Notes: generated from the sequence alone by a model not told the origin. A stretch of 64,000 nt of DNA from Vulcanimicrobiota bacterium (GCA_963695225.1 OY968762.1:2368001-2432000), one strand, 5' to 3'. Numbered from the stretch's first letter, positions 1-12,457 are shown. Translations and numbers: made by a program.

Positions 1-984
1 CCGCGCGAGCGTGTCGCGCAGATCCCCCGGAAGGGCGAGTTCGATCTTCATGATCTTGTTGAACTCGCTCGCGTCGATGTCGGCATGGACGATCTTCGCG
101 TTCTGCGCGAACCGGTCGACGCGGCCGGTCACCCGGTCGTCGAAGCGCATTCCGAGCGCGAAGATCACGTCCGAATGCTGGGCCGCGATGTTCGCCTCTT
201 TCCAGCCGTGCATCCCGATCATCCCGAGATAGTGCTCGTCGTCGGGGATCGAACAGCCGATTCCGTTGATCGTCGCCGCGTACGGGATCTTGAGCATCGC
301 GCAGAACGACCGGAACAATTCGACGGCGTTCGCCGCCTTCGCCCCGCCGCCGACGATCGCGAACGGGCGCTTCGCCGTTGCGAGCAGTTCGATCGCCTTC
401 GCGATCGCTTCGTCGCTCGCGCGTCCGGGCTTGGCGGGCGCGGGCGGAAAGATCGTCCGTGGGCCCATCGGTTTACACGACGCCTTGAGGACGTCGGTCG
501 GGATATCGACGAGGACGGGGCCGGGGCGCGGCCCGCGCGCGAGGCGGAACGCGGCGCGCAACGTCCGCTCGAGATCGTCGACGTTGCGGACGCAGACCGC
601 GCGCTTCGTGGCCGGGGACATGATCGAGGCGACGTCGGCTTCTTGGAAACCGTCCGTCCCCATCAGCCCGGTGCGCACTTGCCCCGTGAGCGCGACGATC
701 GGGATCGAGTCCATCAGCGCATCGAGCAAACCGGTCAGCAGGTTCGTGGCGCCGGGCCCGGAGGTCGCGACGCAGACGCCGACGCTGCCGGTCGAACGGG
801 CGTATCCGCCGGCGGCAAACGCGGCGGCTTGTTCGTGCCGAGTCAGCACGTGGTGGATCGGGCCGCCGACCATCTTGTCGTAGAGCGGCATGATCGTGCC
901 GCCGGGATAGCCGAACATCGTGTCGACGCCTTCGTCGGCCAAGATATCGAGGACCAATTGTGCGCCCGTCGTGCGCTCTTGCAC
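1..984 (-). CDS. ilvB: Acetolactate synthase large subunit (runs off the window start)
   Basis: Translated by hand from GTG at 984 (GGGAG upstream): MQERTTGAQLVLDILADEGVDTMFGYPGG...RHEQAAAFAAGGYARSTG...ATSGPGATN...GMIGMHG...GMRFDDRVTG. Not in the ORF track because the stop lies outside the window. Confidence 0.95.
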   Translation of the reverse strand, partial: MQERTTGAQLVLDILADEGVDTMFGYPGGTIMPLYDKMVGGPIHHVLTRHEQAAAFAAGGYARSTGSVGVCVATSGPGATNLLTGLLDALMDSIPIVALTGQVRTGLMGTDGFQEADVASIMSPATKRAVCVRNVDDLERTLRAAFRLARGPRPGPVLVDIPTDVLKASCKPMGPRTIFPPAPAKPGRASDEAIAKAIELLATAKRPFAIVGGGAKAANAVELFRSFCAMLKIPYAATINGIGCSIPDDEHYLGMIGMHGWKEANIAAQHSDVIFALGMRFDDRVTGRVDRFAQNAKIVHADIDASEFNKIMKIELALPGDLRDTLAR

Positions 985-1004
985 CTGAGACTCCCTTGCG
1001 CTAC

Positions 1005-1040
1005 AAGAAAAAACCCCCGCCGGGTCCGGCGAGGGGCTTT
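1005..1040 (-). terminator. Intrinsic terminator of the ilvB attenuator
   Basis: Minus strand AAAGCCCCTCGCCG-GACC-CGGCGGGGG-TTTTTTCTT: GC hairpin plus U-tract between the leader ORF and ilvB. Confidence 0.85.
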
Positions 1041-1065
1041 GCGTTCTCGAGTTCTTTACGCGAAG

Positions 1066-1134
1066 CTAAACCGCACCGGACCGTTTGGGTCGGCTAAGAA
1101 GGCTAACGACGACGAGAACTCGCGATGCGAACAT
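1066..1134 (-). CDS. ilv leader peptide MFASRVLVVVSLLSRPKRSGAV (22 aa)
   Basis: Short ORF with a VLVVVSLL run, downstream of a TTGACA promoter and upstream of the terminator; its 3' end is complementary to the terminator. Confidence 0.85.
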   Translation of the reverse strand: MFASRVLVVVSLLSRPKRSGAV

Positions 1135-1142
1135 GTGGCCTG

Positions 1143-1172
1143 TTTGTACCATTGGGCGCAAAGCCATGTCAA
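1143..1172 (-). promoter_or_regulatory. sigma70-type promoter of the ilv leader
   Basis: TTGACA (1172-1167), 18 nt, TGg-TACAAA (1148-1143); ATG 8 nt downstream. Confidence 0.65.
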
Positions 1173-1246
1173 CCCGTGGAATCGCTTTGGCCGATCTTTC
1201 CGGCGCCGGACCGCTTTCGGCGGAAAGTATTTTCCAGACCTTGGCC

Positions 1247-1276
1247 TTGACGCTACGCGGCGAAGCGTGCTAGCTT
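1247..1276 (+). promoter_or_regulatory. sigma70-type promoter of the leu leader
   Basis: TTGACG (1247-1252), 18 nt, extended -10 TGc-TAGCTT (1271-1276); ATG 6 nt downstream. Confidence 0.75.
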
Positions 1277-1282
1277 CCAAGT

Positions 1283-4476
<3,194 letters not shown>

Positions 4477-4480
<4 letters not shown>

Positions 4481-5022
4481 TCATCGAGGGAACCGTGCTC
4501 GCCATCGAGCGGGCGAACGTCGATACCGACCAGATCATCCCGGCCCACCGCTTGACGGGGATCGACAAGAAAGGGCTCGCGGAGCACCTCTTCTCCGGGA
4601 TGCCCGGCGGCCGCGAGGTGCTTGCGGCGCACCCCGAGGCGACGATCCTCGTGACGCGGGAAAACTTCGGCTGCGGCAGCTCCCGCGAGCACGCCGTCTG
4701 GGCCCTTCAGGATCGCGGCTTCCGCGCGGCCATCGCCCCGAGCTTCGCCCGCATCTTTCACGAGAACGCCTACAACAGCGGCTTCGCGCCGATCGTCGTC
4801 GGGGCCGAGCACATCGATGCGCTGCTCGGAGCGCGGCACGTCGCGATCGATATCGTCGCCGAGAGGATCGTCGCCGACGGCACGCTGCGCGTCCCCTTCG
4901 AACTCGATCCGCTCCGCAAGCGCTTCCTGCTCGAAGGCGGGTTCCTCGCCTTCCTCAACGGGAAGGTCGGCAACGTGCGTTCTTGGCTCGCGCGGCGCGA
5001 AGCCGCCGCGGCTAAGGCGTAG
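4477..5022 (+). CDS. leuD: 3-isopropylmalate dehydratase small subunit
   Basis: NVDTDQIIPA, NFGCGSSREHA, SFARIF; ATGA overlap with leuC. Confidence 0.95.
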
Positions 5023-5087
5023 CCTGCGATGGACCGATGTAGCGAGGAAGCGCGGAAGACGCGCGTTCCCCGTCGTAGAGCGTGCGG

Positions 5088-6326
5088 ATGACGAAAACGA
5101 TGATCGACCTCGCCGCCGTCGAGGAAGCGGCCGAACGCATCGCCCCGATGGTCGCGCGTACGCCGGCGTTGGATGCCGCGTCGCTCAGCGAGCACACCGG
5201 GGCGCGCGTGAGCCTCAAGCTCGAGACGCGGCAGCGGACGGGGGCGTTCAAGGATCGCGGCGCGGCAAACCGCATTTTGCAGCTCGAGCCGCACGAGCGC
5301 GAGCGCGGCGTGATCGCGATGTCGGCCGGCAACCACGCGCAATCGGTCGCGTTCGTCTGCCGCCAGCTCGGGATCCCCGCGACGATCGTGATGCCGGAGG
5401 GGACGCCGTTCACGAAGGTGCGCCGCACGCAAGGCTTCGGCGCGCGCGTCGTGATCGCGGGCGCCGATCTGAACGGCGCGGAGGCACGGGCCCGGCAGAT
5501 CATGGACGAAGAAGGCCTCACGCTCGTTCACCCGTACGACGACGAACGGGTGATCGCGGGACAGGGCACGATCGCGCTCGAGTGGCTCGCCGACGTTCCG
5601 GAACTCGACGTCATGCTGATTCCGATCGGCGGCGGGGGCCTGATCTCGGGGATCGCGCTCGCCGCGAAGGCCCTCAAACCCTCGATCGAGATCGTCGGCG
5701 TGCAGACGGAGCTCTTCCCTTCGGTCGCACGCAGGCGCGCGGGGATCGAACCGGTCCCGGGCGGCCAGACGACGATCGCCGAGGGGATCGCGGTGAAAGC
5801 CGCCGGTCTCTTGCCGATGGAGATCATCGACCGGCTCGTCGATGAGGTCGTGCTCGTCAGCGAGGAAGCGCTCGAGTGCGCGATCCACCGGTTCCTCGAA
5901 GAGGAGAAGCTGCTCGCCGAAGGGGCCGCGGCCGCCTCGCTCGCGGCGCTGCTGGCGGATCCGGCGCGGTTCGCGGGACGCAGCGTGGGGGTGCTCGTGA
6001 GCGGCGGGAATCTCGACACGGGGCTGCTGGCCACCGTGATCACGCGCGCCCGGATGCGCGACGGTCGCGTCGTCAGCCTCCGGATGGAGATCCCGGACCG
6101 CCCCGGGGTCCTGGCGGACATCTCGGCGATCATCGGGGCGAGCGGCGCGAACATCATCGAGGTCAAGCACCAGCGCTTCTTCTACGACGTCCCGTCCAAG
6201 CACGCCGACCTCGACGTGACGATCGAGACGCGCGACCCCGGCGACATCGGCGAGATCCTCGCAAAGCTCGCGGCCCGCGACTACTCCGCCCACGTCCTCA
6301 TGTCGACCCGAGCCCACGGCCGCTAG
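5088..6326 (+). CDS. ilvA: Threonine ammonia-lyase with C-terminal ACT domain
   Basis: LKLE..Q.TGAFKDRGA, SAGNHAQ, PIGGGGL, SGGN, DRPGVL. Start 5088 or 5100. Confidence 0.9.
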   Translation: MTKTMIDLAAVEEAAERIAPMVARTPALDAASLSEHTGARVSLKLETRQRTGAFKDRGAANRILQLEPHERERGVIAMSAGNHAQSVAFVCRQLGIPATIVMPEGTPFTKVRRTQGFGARVVIAGADLNGAEARARQIMDEEGLTLVHPYDDERVIAGQGTIALEWLADVPELDVMLIPIGGGGLISGIALAAKALKPSIEIVGVQTELFPSVARRRAGIEPVPGGQTTIAEGIAVKAAGLLPMEIIDRLVDEVVLVSEEALECAIHRFLEEEKLLAEGAAAASLAALLADPARFAGRSVGVLVSGGNLDTGLLATVITRARMRDGRVVSLRMEIPDRPGVLADISAIIGASGANIIEVKHQRFFYDVPSKHADLDVTIETRDPGDIGEILAKLAARDYSAHVLMSTRAHGR

Positions 6327-6350
6327 CCCTCTGGTCTGAACTCGGCCTGC

Positions 6351-6384
6351 CTTCGCCCTGAGCCCGTCGAAGGGCGAGCTTTTT
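6351..6384 (+). terminator. Probable terminator after ilvA
   Basis: TTCGCCCT...AGGGCGAG stem followed by CTTTTT. Confidence 0.55.
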
Positions 6385-6394
6385 CGCGTGGCCC

Positions 6395-6545
6395 GCGTCC
6401 CGGCCGGGGCGGGGTTCCCCCGCGGGGACGCCCGCGATTTCGCATCCATGCGAAATCGCTACTCGTGCACTTGCCCGCTCCCGCCATCGTGGCTCCGCGG
6501 GCAAGCTGCACGCCCCGCGGAGAAACCCCGCTCCGACCCGGACGC
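6395..6545. other. Highly structured three-way-junction element (MITE/REP-like repeat or ncRNA)
   Basis: 33-bp imperfect terminal inverted repeat (6395-6427/6513-6545) enclosing a perfect 12-bp inverted repeat (6434-6459) and a second hairpin (6464-6512). Confidence 0.7.
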
Positions 6546-6605
6546 TACCTGGGTGCGTCGGAGCACGGCTCGGTTGTCGACGGCTTCGGCGTGTAACTTG
6601 TGCTG

Positions 6606-6635
6606 TTGACACCCTCGCGCCGGTCGTGCTAGGGT
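6606..6635 (+). promoter_or_regulatory. sigma70-type promoter of the aromatic leader
   Basis: TTGACA (6606-6611), 18 nt, TGc-TAGGGT (6630-6635). Confidence 0.8.
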
Positions 6636-6644
6636 CAGCCCAAC

Positions 6645-6710
6645 ATGACACACCGCGCGTTTTCTTACTGGTACTGGTTTGCTCCGCATGAATCCATGCC
6701 GGTGAGGTAA
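6645..6710 (+). CDS. Aromatic amino-acid leader peptide MTHRAFSYWYWFAPHESMPVR (21 aa)
   Basis: FSYWYWF control codons; CCGGTGAGG (6699-6707) is the exact complement of CCTCACCGG (6741-6749) within the terminator. Confidence 0.88.
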   Translation: MTHRAFSYWYWFAPHESMPVR

Positions 6711-6736
6711 GCACGCGCGTTTCGACGCCGTAGGAG

Positions 6737-6760
6737 CCGCCCTCACCGGGCGGTTTTTTT
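6737..6760 (+). terminator. Attenuator terminator upstream of DAHP synthase
   Basis: CCGCCC-TCACC-GGGCGG followed by T7. Confidence 0.88.
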
Positions 6761-6795
6761 ATTTACCAAGAGCGATCACGAGGAGCCCGAGTCTG

Positions 6796-7629
6796 ATGCC
6801 GTCGACCTATCGCCTCGCCCAACGCAGAACCGAACGCACGACCATCGTCGCGGCGGGGCACGCCGTCTTCGGAGACGGGGGATTCGCTCTGATCGGCGGC
6901 CCCTGCTCGATCGAAAGCGCCGAGCAGATCTCGGCGGCCGCCGCCGGCGTGCGGCGGGCAGGCGGGTCGATGCTGCGGGGCGGGGCGTATAAGACGCGGA
7001 CCTCCCCGTACGATTTCCAGGGGCTCGGCGCCGCCGGGATCCCGCTGATCGCCGCCGCCGGCGCCGCGAACCACTTGCCGGTCGTCGTCGAAGCACTCTC
7101 GGAACCCGACGTCGAGGCGCTCGCGCCGCACGTCGAGATGCTCCAGATCGGCGCGCGGAACATGCAAAACGTCCCGTTACTCCGGCGCGCGGCGCGCTCG
7201 GGGCGGCCGATCCTCCTCAAGCGCGGTCCCTCCGCGACGCTCGACGAGCTGCTCCTCGCCGCCGAGTACATCCTCGTCGAGGGGAATCCCGGCGTGGTGC
7301 TGTGCGAGCGCGGCATTCGCAGTTTCGACACCCAGACGCGTAACGTGCTCGACCTCGGTGGGGCGCTGCGCCTCAAGGAGCTCACGCACTTGCCCGTGAT
7401 CGTCGACCCATCGCATGCGAGCGGCCGCCGCAGCCTCGTCGAGCCGCTCGCGATCGCCGCCGCCGCCGCCGGGCTCGACGGCGCTATCGTCGAAGTCCAT
7501 CCCGACCCGAACCGCGCCCTCTCCGACGCCGCGCAGCAGATCGATTGCGCGGCGTTCGCGCATCTGGCGGCCGCAATTCGCGCCGTCCGAGCGGTCGTCG
7601 CCCCGGAGGCAACGCTCGTCGCCTGCTGA
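6796..7629 (+). CDS. aroF: DAHP synthase, class I-beta, catalytic barrel only
   Basis: GPCSIES, RGGAYKTRTSPYDFQG, QIGARNMQN, LKRG, CERGIR, DPSH, EVHP..ALSD. Confidence 0.93.
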   Translation: MPSTYRLAQRRTERTTIVAAGHAVFGDGGFALIGGPCSIESAEQISAAAAGVRRAGGSMLRGGAYKTRTSPYDFQGLGAAGIPLIAAAGAANHLPVVVEALSEPDVEALAPHVEMLQIGARNMQNVPLLRRAARSGRPILLKRGPSATLDELLLAAEYILVEGNPGVVLCERGIRSFDTQTRNVLDLGGALRLKELTHLPVIVDPSHASGRRSLVEPLAIAAAAAGLDGAIVEVHPDPNRALSDAAQQIDCAAFAHLAAAIRAVRAVVAPEATLVAC

Positions 7630-7671
7630 GGCCGTGCCGTCCGGAACGAAGCGGAATCGAACGGACGACGT

Positions 7672-8580
7672 TTACGCGAGCGTTGCCCATCCTTGGAAGG
7701 TGGCGTCGTCGCCCCGGACGACGCGGGCGTAACGTTCGCGCAAGCGGCGTACGATGGGGCCGTCGCCGGCGTAGAGGCGGTCGTCGACGGCCTTCACCGG
7801 TACGACCTCCGCGGCGGTCCCCGTCAGGAAGACTTCGTCCGCGGCGGCGAGCGCCTCGCGGGTGATCGGCGCGACCCGCGCCGGGATCCCCTCGTCTGCC
7901 GCGATCGACAGGACCGTATCGCGGGTTATCCCCGCGAGGACGTCTGCGTCGATATCGTTCGTCTGCAGCACCCCGTCCTTGACGATGAAGACGTTTTCGC
8001 CGGTCGCCTCGGCGATCTCGCCGCGGTCGTTCAAGAGGATCGCGTCTTCGAAGCCGCGCGCGGCGGCATCGTGCATCGCGAGGACCGCGTTCGTGTAATG
8101 GCCGCTCGCCTTCACGCGCGACGGGAGCGCGCGGGACGGCGTCTTCATGACCGGCGAGAGGGTCACGCGGATCCCCGAGGTCGCATGGATCGCGGCGAGC
8201 GGCATCGCCACGATCAGCACGTGCGTCGGGCAGTGATAGCGGGGCGTGAACGCCGGGGTCTTTTCGCCGAAATAGACGAGCGGCCGGATGTAGCACGAGG
8301 CGAGGCCGCTCGCCCGCACGGTCGCGCGGATCGCGGCGCCGACCTCCTGGGATGCGTACGGGATCGCGAGCCCGTACGCCTCGGCCGAAGCGTAGAGCCT
8401 GCGCACGTGATCGTCGAGGCGGAAGATCGCGGTCCCGCGCGGCGTTTCGTACGCGCGGATGCCCTCGAAGACGCCCGTTCCGTAGTGCAGAGCATGCGTC
8501 ATCGGGTGGATCGCCGCGTCTTCGGGCGCGATGGCCCGGCCGTCCAGCCAATACGAGCGAAGGTCCGTCGTCGTGATCAT
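7672..8580 (-). CDS. ilvE: Branched-chain amino acid aminotransferase
   Basis: HALHYGTGVFEGIRAY, KASGHY, EATGENVF, LAGITR, EVFLTGTAAEV. Confidence 0.93.
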   Translation of the reverse strand: MITTTDLRSYWLDGRAIAPEDAAIHPMTHALHYGTGVFEGIRAYETPRGTAIFRLDDHVRRLYASAEAYGLAIPYASQEVGAAIRATVRASGLASCYIRPLVYFGEKTPAFTPRYHCPTHVLIVAMPLAAIHATSGIRVTLSPVMKTPSRALPSRVKASGHYTNAVLAMHDAAARGFEDAILLNDRGEIAEATGENVFIVKDGVLQTNDIDADVLAGITRDTVLSIAADEGIPARVAPITREALAAADEVFLTGTAAEVVPVKAVDDRLYAGDGPIVRRLRERYARVVRGDDATFQGWATLA

Positions 8581-8661
8581 GCGCGATTCTCATCCGCGGC
8601 CGTTCCGGCATCCTCCCGCGCGGGAGTGATTCGGCGATCCGTCCCCGAACGGCGCGGCCCT

Positions 8662-9135
8662 ATGGTCACGTTTCGGCGGATGACGGACGGCGATCGGCGC
8701 GCGGCGTACGAGCTGTTCGTCGACTACCTGCACAACGACGAGTTCGTGCGCGACAGCAGCGCAGCGTACGGCAACAACGGCGATCGCGCGCTTTCCGCCG
8801 CGCTCGCGCTCTTCATCGAGCGCGCCGATTACGGGTTCATTTGGATGGGCTTCGACGAGGGAGCGGCGGTCGCGGTCGCGATCGTGAGCTACGCGATCTC
8901 TACGGCGATCGGCGGCGTCGTCGCAAAGCTCGAGGATCTGTACGTCGTGCCGTCGCGCCGCTCGCAGGGGATCGGGACGGCGCTCGTCGATGCGCTCGTC
9001 GTGGAATTGAGCAAGAACCGCATCGCGCGCTTGGACACGAGCGTCCATCTGCGCAACGGTCGCGGCAAAGCGTTCTACCTAGCACACGGCTTCGCACCGC
9101 TCAACGAAGAACGGCTCGCGCGCGTCCTGCGCTGA
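8662..9135 (+). CDS. GNAT family N-acetyltransferase
   Basis: LEDLYVVPSRRSQGIGTALV acetyl-CoA motif; N..GKAFYLAHGF. Confidence 0.88.
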   Translation: MVTFRRMTDGDRRAAYELFVDYLHNDEFVRDSSAAYGNNGDRALSAALALFIERADYGFIWMGFDEGAAVAVAIVSYAISTAIGGVVAKLEDLYVVPSRRSQGIGTALVDALVVELSKNRIARLDTSVHLRNGRGKAFYLAHGFAPLNEERLARVLR

Positions 9136-9185
9136 TCGCGCGGGCTCACGCTAACGCGAATGCGGTAGTCTCACCGCGCGCGCTT

Positions 9186-10313
9186 TCAGAAGCGGTCTGG
9201 ACTCGTTTCCAGCGGTCCGGTCAGCGCCGCGTACGCGCGCTCGCGGAAGGCGCCCCACTCGTCGCGTTCGATCGCGGCGCGTGCCTCGGCCATCAGTTGG
9301 GTCAGCACCGCGAGGTTGTGATACGAAAGCAGGCGCGGTCCGAGCATCTCCTCCGCGCGGAAGAGATGGCTGAGGTAGGCGCGGCTGAACGTCGCGCAGA
9401 CCATGCAGGAGCAGCGCGGATCCAGCGGGCGCGGATCGTGCGCGAACGTCGCGTTGCGGATGGCGAGATCGCCGGAACGGGTGATCGCGCGCCCATTCCG
9501 CCCGCAGCGCGTGGGGTAGACGCAATCGAACATGTCGATCCCGCAATCGACCGCCGCGATGAGATCGGATACGGTTCCCACGCCCATCAGGTAGCGCGGC
9601 TTCCCCGCCGGGAGGAGGTCCGCTGTGAAACGCGCGGTGCGGTAGAGGTCCTCGCGCGATTCTCCGACGGAGAGCCCGCCGATCGCGTATCCGGGGAGAT
9701 CGAGCGCGACGAGTTCGCGCGCGCTGCGCTCGCGCGCGCTGGGGTCGAGCCCGCCTTGCACGATGCCGAACAGTCGCGTCGCCTCCGGCCGCGTGCGCGC
9801 CGCCGCGCAGCGGCGGGCCCAGATACTCGTCAGCCGGACGGCCTCCTCGATCTCCCCGGCCGTTGCGGGGAGTTTCACGCAGACGTCGAGCGCCATCGCG
9901 ATATCGACGCCGAGCGCTTCCTGGAACTCGACGACGTTCTCGGGCGTGAAGAGGTGTTGGCTGCCGTCGAGGTGCGAGCGAAAGCGCACGCCCTCGTCGT
10001 CGAGCTTGCGTTTCGTTTCGAGGCTGAAGACTTGGAAGCCGCCGCTGTCGGTGAGGATCGGACGCTCCCAGCGCATGAACGCATGCAACCCGCCCTGCTC
10101 GACGATCAAGTCGCGCCCCGGGCGCAGCCAGAGATGGTACGTGTTCGAAAGGACGATCTGCGCGCCGAGTTCGACGAGATCGGCGGGCGTCAGCCCTTTG
10201 ACGGTCGCCGCCGTCCCGACGGGCATGAACGCCGGCGTTTCGACCGGGCCGTGCGCGAGAGCGAGCCGGCCGCGCCGCGCGGAGCCGCTCCGGGCGAGGA
10301 GCGTGAAGCTCAC
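9186..10313 (-). CDS. tgt: tRNA-guanine transglycosylase
   Basis: TPAFMPVGT, NTYHL, TDSGGFQVFSL, GIVQGG, DCVYPTR, C.C..C zinc site; GTGA overlap with the RluA-family gene. Confidence 0.96.
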   Translation of the reverse strand: MSFTLLARSGSARRGRLALAHGPVETPAFMPVGTAATVKGLTPADLVELGAQIVLSNTYHLWLRPGRDLIVEQGGLHAFMRWERPILTDSGGFQVFSLETKRKLDDEGVRFRSHLDGSQHLFTPENVVEFQEALGVDIAMALDVCVKLPATAGEIEEAVRLTSIWARRCAAARTRPEATRLFGIVQGGLDPSARERSARELVALDLPGYAIGGLSVGESREDLYRTARFTADLLPAGKPRYLMGVGTVSDLIAAVDCGIDMFDCVYPTRCGRNGRAITRSGDLAIRNATFAHDPRPLDPRCSCMVCATFSRAYLSHLFRAEEMLGPRLLSYHNLAVLTQLMAEARAAIERDEWGAFRERAYAALTGPLETSPDRF

Positions 10314-11206
10314 CGGCGCAGCGCTTCCCGTGCGCGCACGTACGCCTCGGGCGGCTCGATCTCGAACGCGAGATCCTCGCGCGTCCGGGGGTGGCGGAAG
10401 CGCAGGCGCCACGCGTGGAGCGCTTGCCCTTCGAGCTGCACGCGAGGGTCGGCGCGGCCGTACAGCGGATCGCCGACGATCGGGTGCCCGAACGCCTGCA
10501 TGTGCACGCGAATCTGATGCGTCCGTCCCGTCTCCAGGCGAAAGAGCAGCTCGCTCGCGCGGACGAGCGGTTCGCGCACGTTGTAGTGCGTCGTCGCCGC
10601 CTTCCCTTCGGCGCGCACCGCGTACTTGAAGCGTCGCTGCGGATCGCGCCCGATCGCGCCGACGACCGTCCCCTCCGCGCGCTCCGGAATGCCGTGCACG
10701 AGGCCGAGATACTCGCGTTCGATGTAGCGGCGCATCATCGCCTTGCCGAGCGCGGTGAGCGCTTCCGGCGTCTTCGCGACGACGAGCAGCCCCGAGGTGT
10801 CGCGATCGAGCCGGTGAACGAGCCCGGGACGCTGCGGATCGCCGGGGAGCACGCCCGTATGCGCGAGGAGCGCGTCGGCGAGCGTCCCTTCGCGGACGCC
10901 GTGCGCGGGATGCGTCGTCATCCCGGCGGGCTTGTTGACGACGAGCAGCTCCTCGTCCTCGAACAGGATCTCGAGCGGATACGGGCGCGCGACGGCGACC
11001 GGCTCCGCGAGCGGAACGATGTCGTACTCGAGCAGGTCGCCTGCGGCGAGCGTCGTGCTCGGGCGAGGCTCGGTGCCGTTGCGCCGCACGCCGCCCGAAC
11101 GGATCGCCTCGCTCACGACGGAGCGCGAAGCCCCGGAGAGGCGCGCGAGCACGACGTCGCAACGCAGGCCCGCCTCGCTCGGATCGACCGTGTGGCTCGC
11201 GCTCAC
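10310..11206 (-). CDS. rluD: RluA/RluD family pseudouridine synthase
   Basis: S4-like N-terminus, VNKPAG, HRLDRDTSG, LETGRTHQIRVH. Confidence 0.9.
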   Translation of the reverse strand: MSASHTVDPSEAGLRCDVVLARLSGASRSVVSEAIRSGGVRRNGTEPRPSTTLAAGDLLEYDIVPLAEPVAVARPYPLEILFEDEELLVVNKPAGMTTHPAHGVREGTLADALLAHTGVLPGDPQRPGLVHRLDRDTSGLLVVAKTPEALTALGKAMMRRYIEREYLGLVHGIPERAEGTVVGAIGRDPQRRFKYAVRAEGKAATTHYNVREPLVRASELLFRLETGRTHQIRVHMQAFGHPIVGDPLYGRADPRVQLEGQALHAWRLRFRHPRTREDLAFEIEPPEAYVRAREALRR

Positions 11207-11670
11207 CCCGGCGGCTGCGATTCGGCGCGCGCCGCGTGCTTCTCGCCGAGGATCGAACCGAGGATCAACAGTCCGACGCCGATCGTGATGCACGAGTCGG
11301 CCACGTTGAAGACCGGCCACCAGCGCAAGTCGACGAAATCGACGACGTACCCGAGCCGGATGCGGTCGAGGATGTTCCCGAACGCGCCCCCCGCGATCGC
11401 CCCGAACGCGATGCGCACGATCCCCGACCGCTCGGCATGCTCGCGGAAGGCGAACCAGAAGATCCCGAGCACCGCGAGAGCCAGCCCGATCAGGAGGAGC
11501 GGCTGCGTTCCGAAGAGCCCGAACGCTCCGCTATGGTTCTGCACGTACGTCCACCACAGCACGTTGGGGACGAAGATGCGGCTTTCGCCGACCGCGAACT
11601 CGGCCGAGACGACGTGCTTGGTGTACTGATCGAGCGCGAGGACGGCGAGGGCGGTGAGCCAGAAGCGCAT
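11203..11670 (-). CDS. lspA: Signal peptidase II
   Basis: DQYTK, N.GAFG, GNILDR, VVDF, FNVADS. Confidence 0.95.
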   Translation of the reverse strand: MRFWLTALAVLALDQYTKHVVSAEFAVGESRIFVPNVLWWTYVQNHSGAFGLFGTQPLLLIGLALAVLGIFWFAFREHAERSGIVRIAFGAIAGGAFGNILDRIRLGYVVDFVDLRWWPVFNVADSCITIGVGLLILGSILGEKHAARAESQPPG

Positions 11671-12395
11671 CAGAGTTTCGGCGTGGGGATGTATTGGTTG
11701 AAGAAGGCTTGGAAGCGCGTGAACGACCCGGTCGCGAGCAGGAGGCCCGTCGCCACGAGGACGGCCCCGGAGCCGATCTCGATCGCCGGCAGGAAGCGCT
11801 TGATCCGGTTGAGCGCGCCGAGCGACTGCGTGATCGCCGCCGCCGTCACGAGGAACGGGATCGCGAGCCCCATCGCATAGACGAACAAGAGGAACGCGCC
11901 CGCGGCGGGGGCCTGGCCGCCCGCCAGGAGCAAGATCGCGCCGAGGATCGGGCCGATGCAGGGCGTCCACCCCGCCGCGAACGTCACTCCGACGAGGAAG
12001 GAGAGCCAGATCGATTGCGGCCGCGCCCCGAGATGGACGCGCTTGTCCATCATCAACTGCGGGATGCGGAAGATGCCGATCATGTTCAGCCCGAGGAGGA
12101 TGATGACCGCGCCGCCGACGCGCGCGATCAGATCCTTGTTGCTCGCGAGCAGCGAACCGAGCGCGCTCGAACTGAGGCCCAACAGCACGAATACGGCGGT
12201 GAGGCCCAAGCAGAACGCGAGGGCGTGCGCGAGAACGCGCGCCTTGGCCTCCGCCGAGGTCTGCGCTTTGAGATCTTCCAGGCTCGTCCCCGTCAAGAAC
12301 GAGAGGTACGACGGAACGAGCGGCAACACGCACGGCGAAACGAACGAGACGAGTCCGGCCAGAAACGCCGTGGCGACATTGAGGTTTGCGGTCAT
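11670..12395 (-). CDS. ccdA: Cytochrome c biogenesis protein CcdA
   Basis: SFVSPCVLPLVP and GWTPCIGPIL motifs, multiple TM segments. Confidence 0.92.
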   Translation of the reverse strand: MTANLNVATAFLAGLVSFVSPCVLPLVPSYLSFLTGTSLEDLKAQTSAEAKARVLAHALAFCLGLTAVFVLLGLSSSALGSLLASNKDLIARVGGAVIILLGLNMIGIFRIPQLMMDKRVHLGARPQSIWLSFLVGVTFAAGWTPCIGPILGAILLLAGGQAPAAGAFLLFVYAMGLAIPFLVTAAAITQSLGALNRIKRFLPAIEIGSGAVLVATGLLLATGSFTRFQAFFNQYIPTPKL

Positions 12396-12457
12396 GGCCC
12401 TCGAGCCCACTACGACGGCAGCCCGTCGGGGCCTGGTCGCCTTGCGGGGGAGACGCC

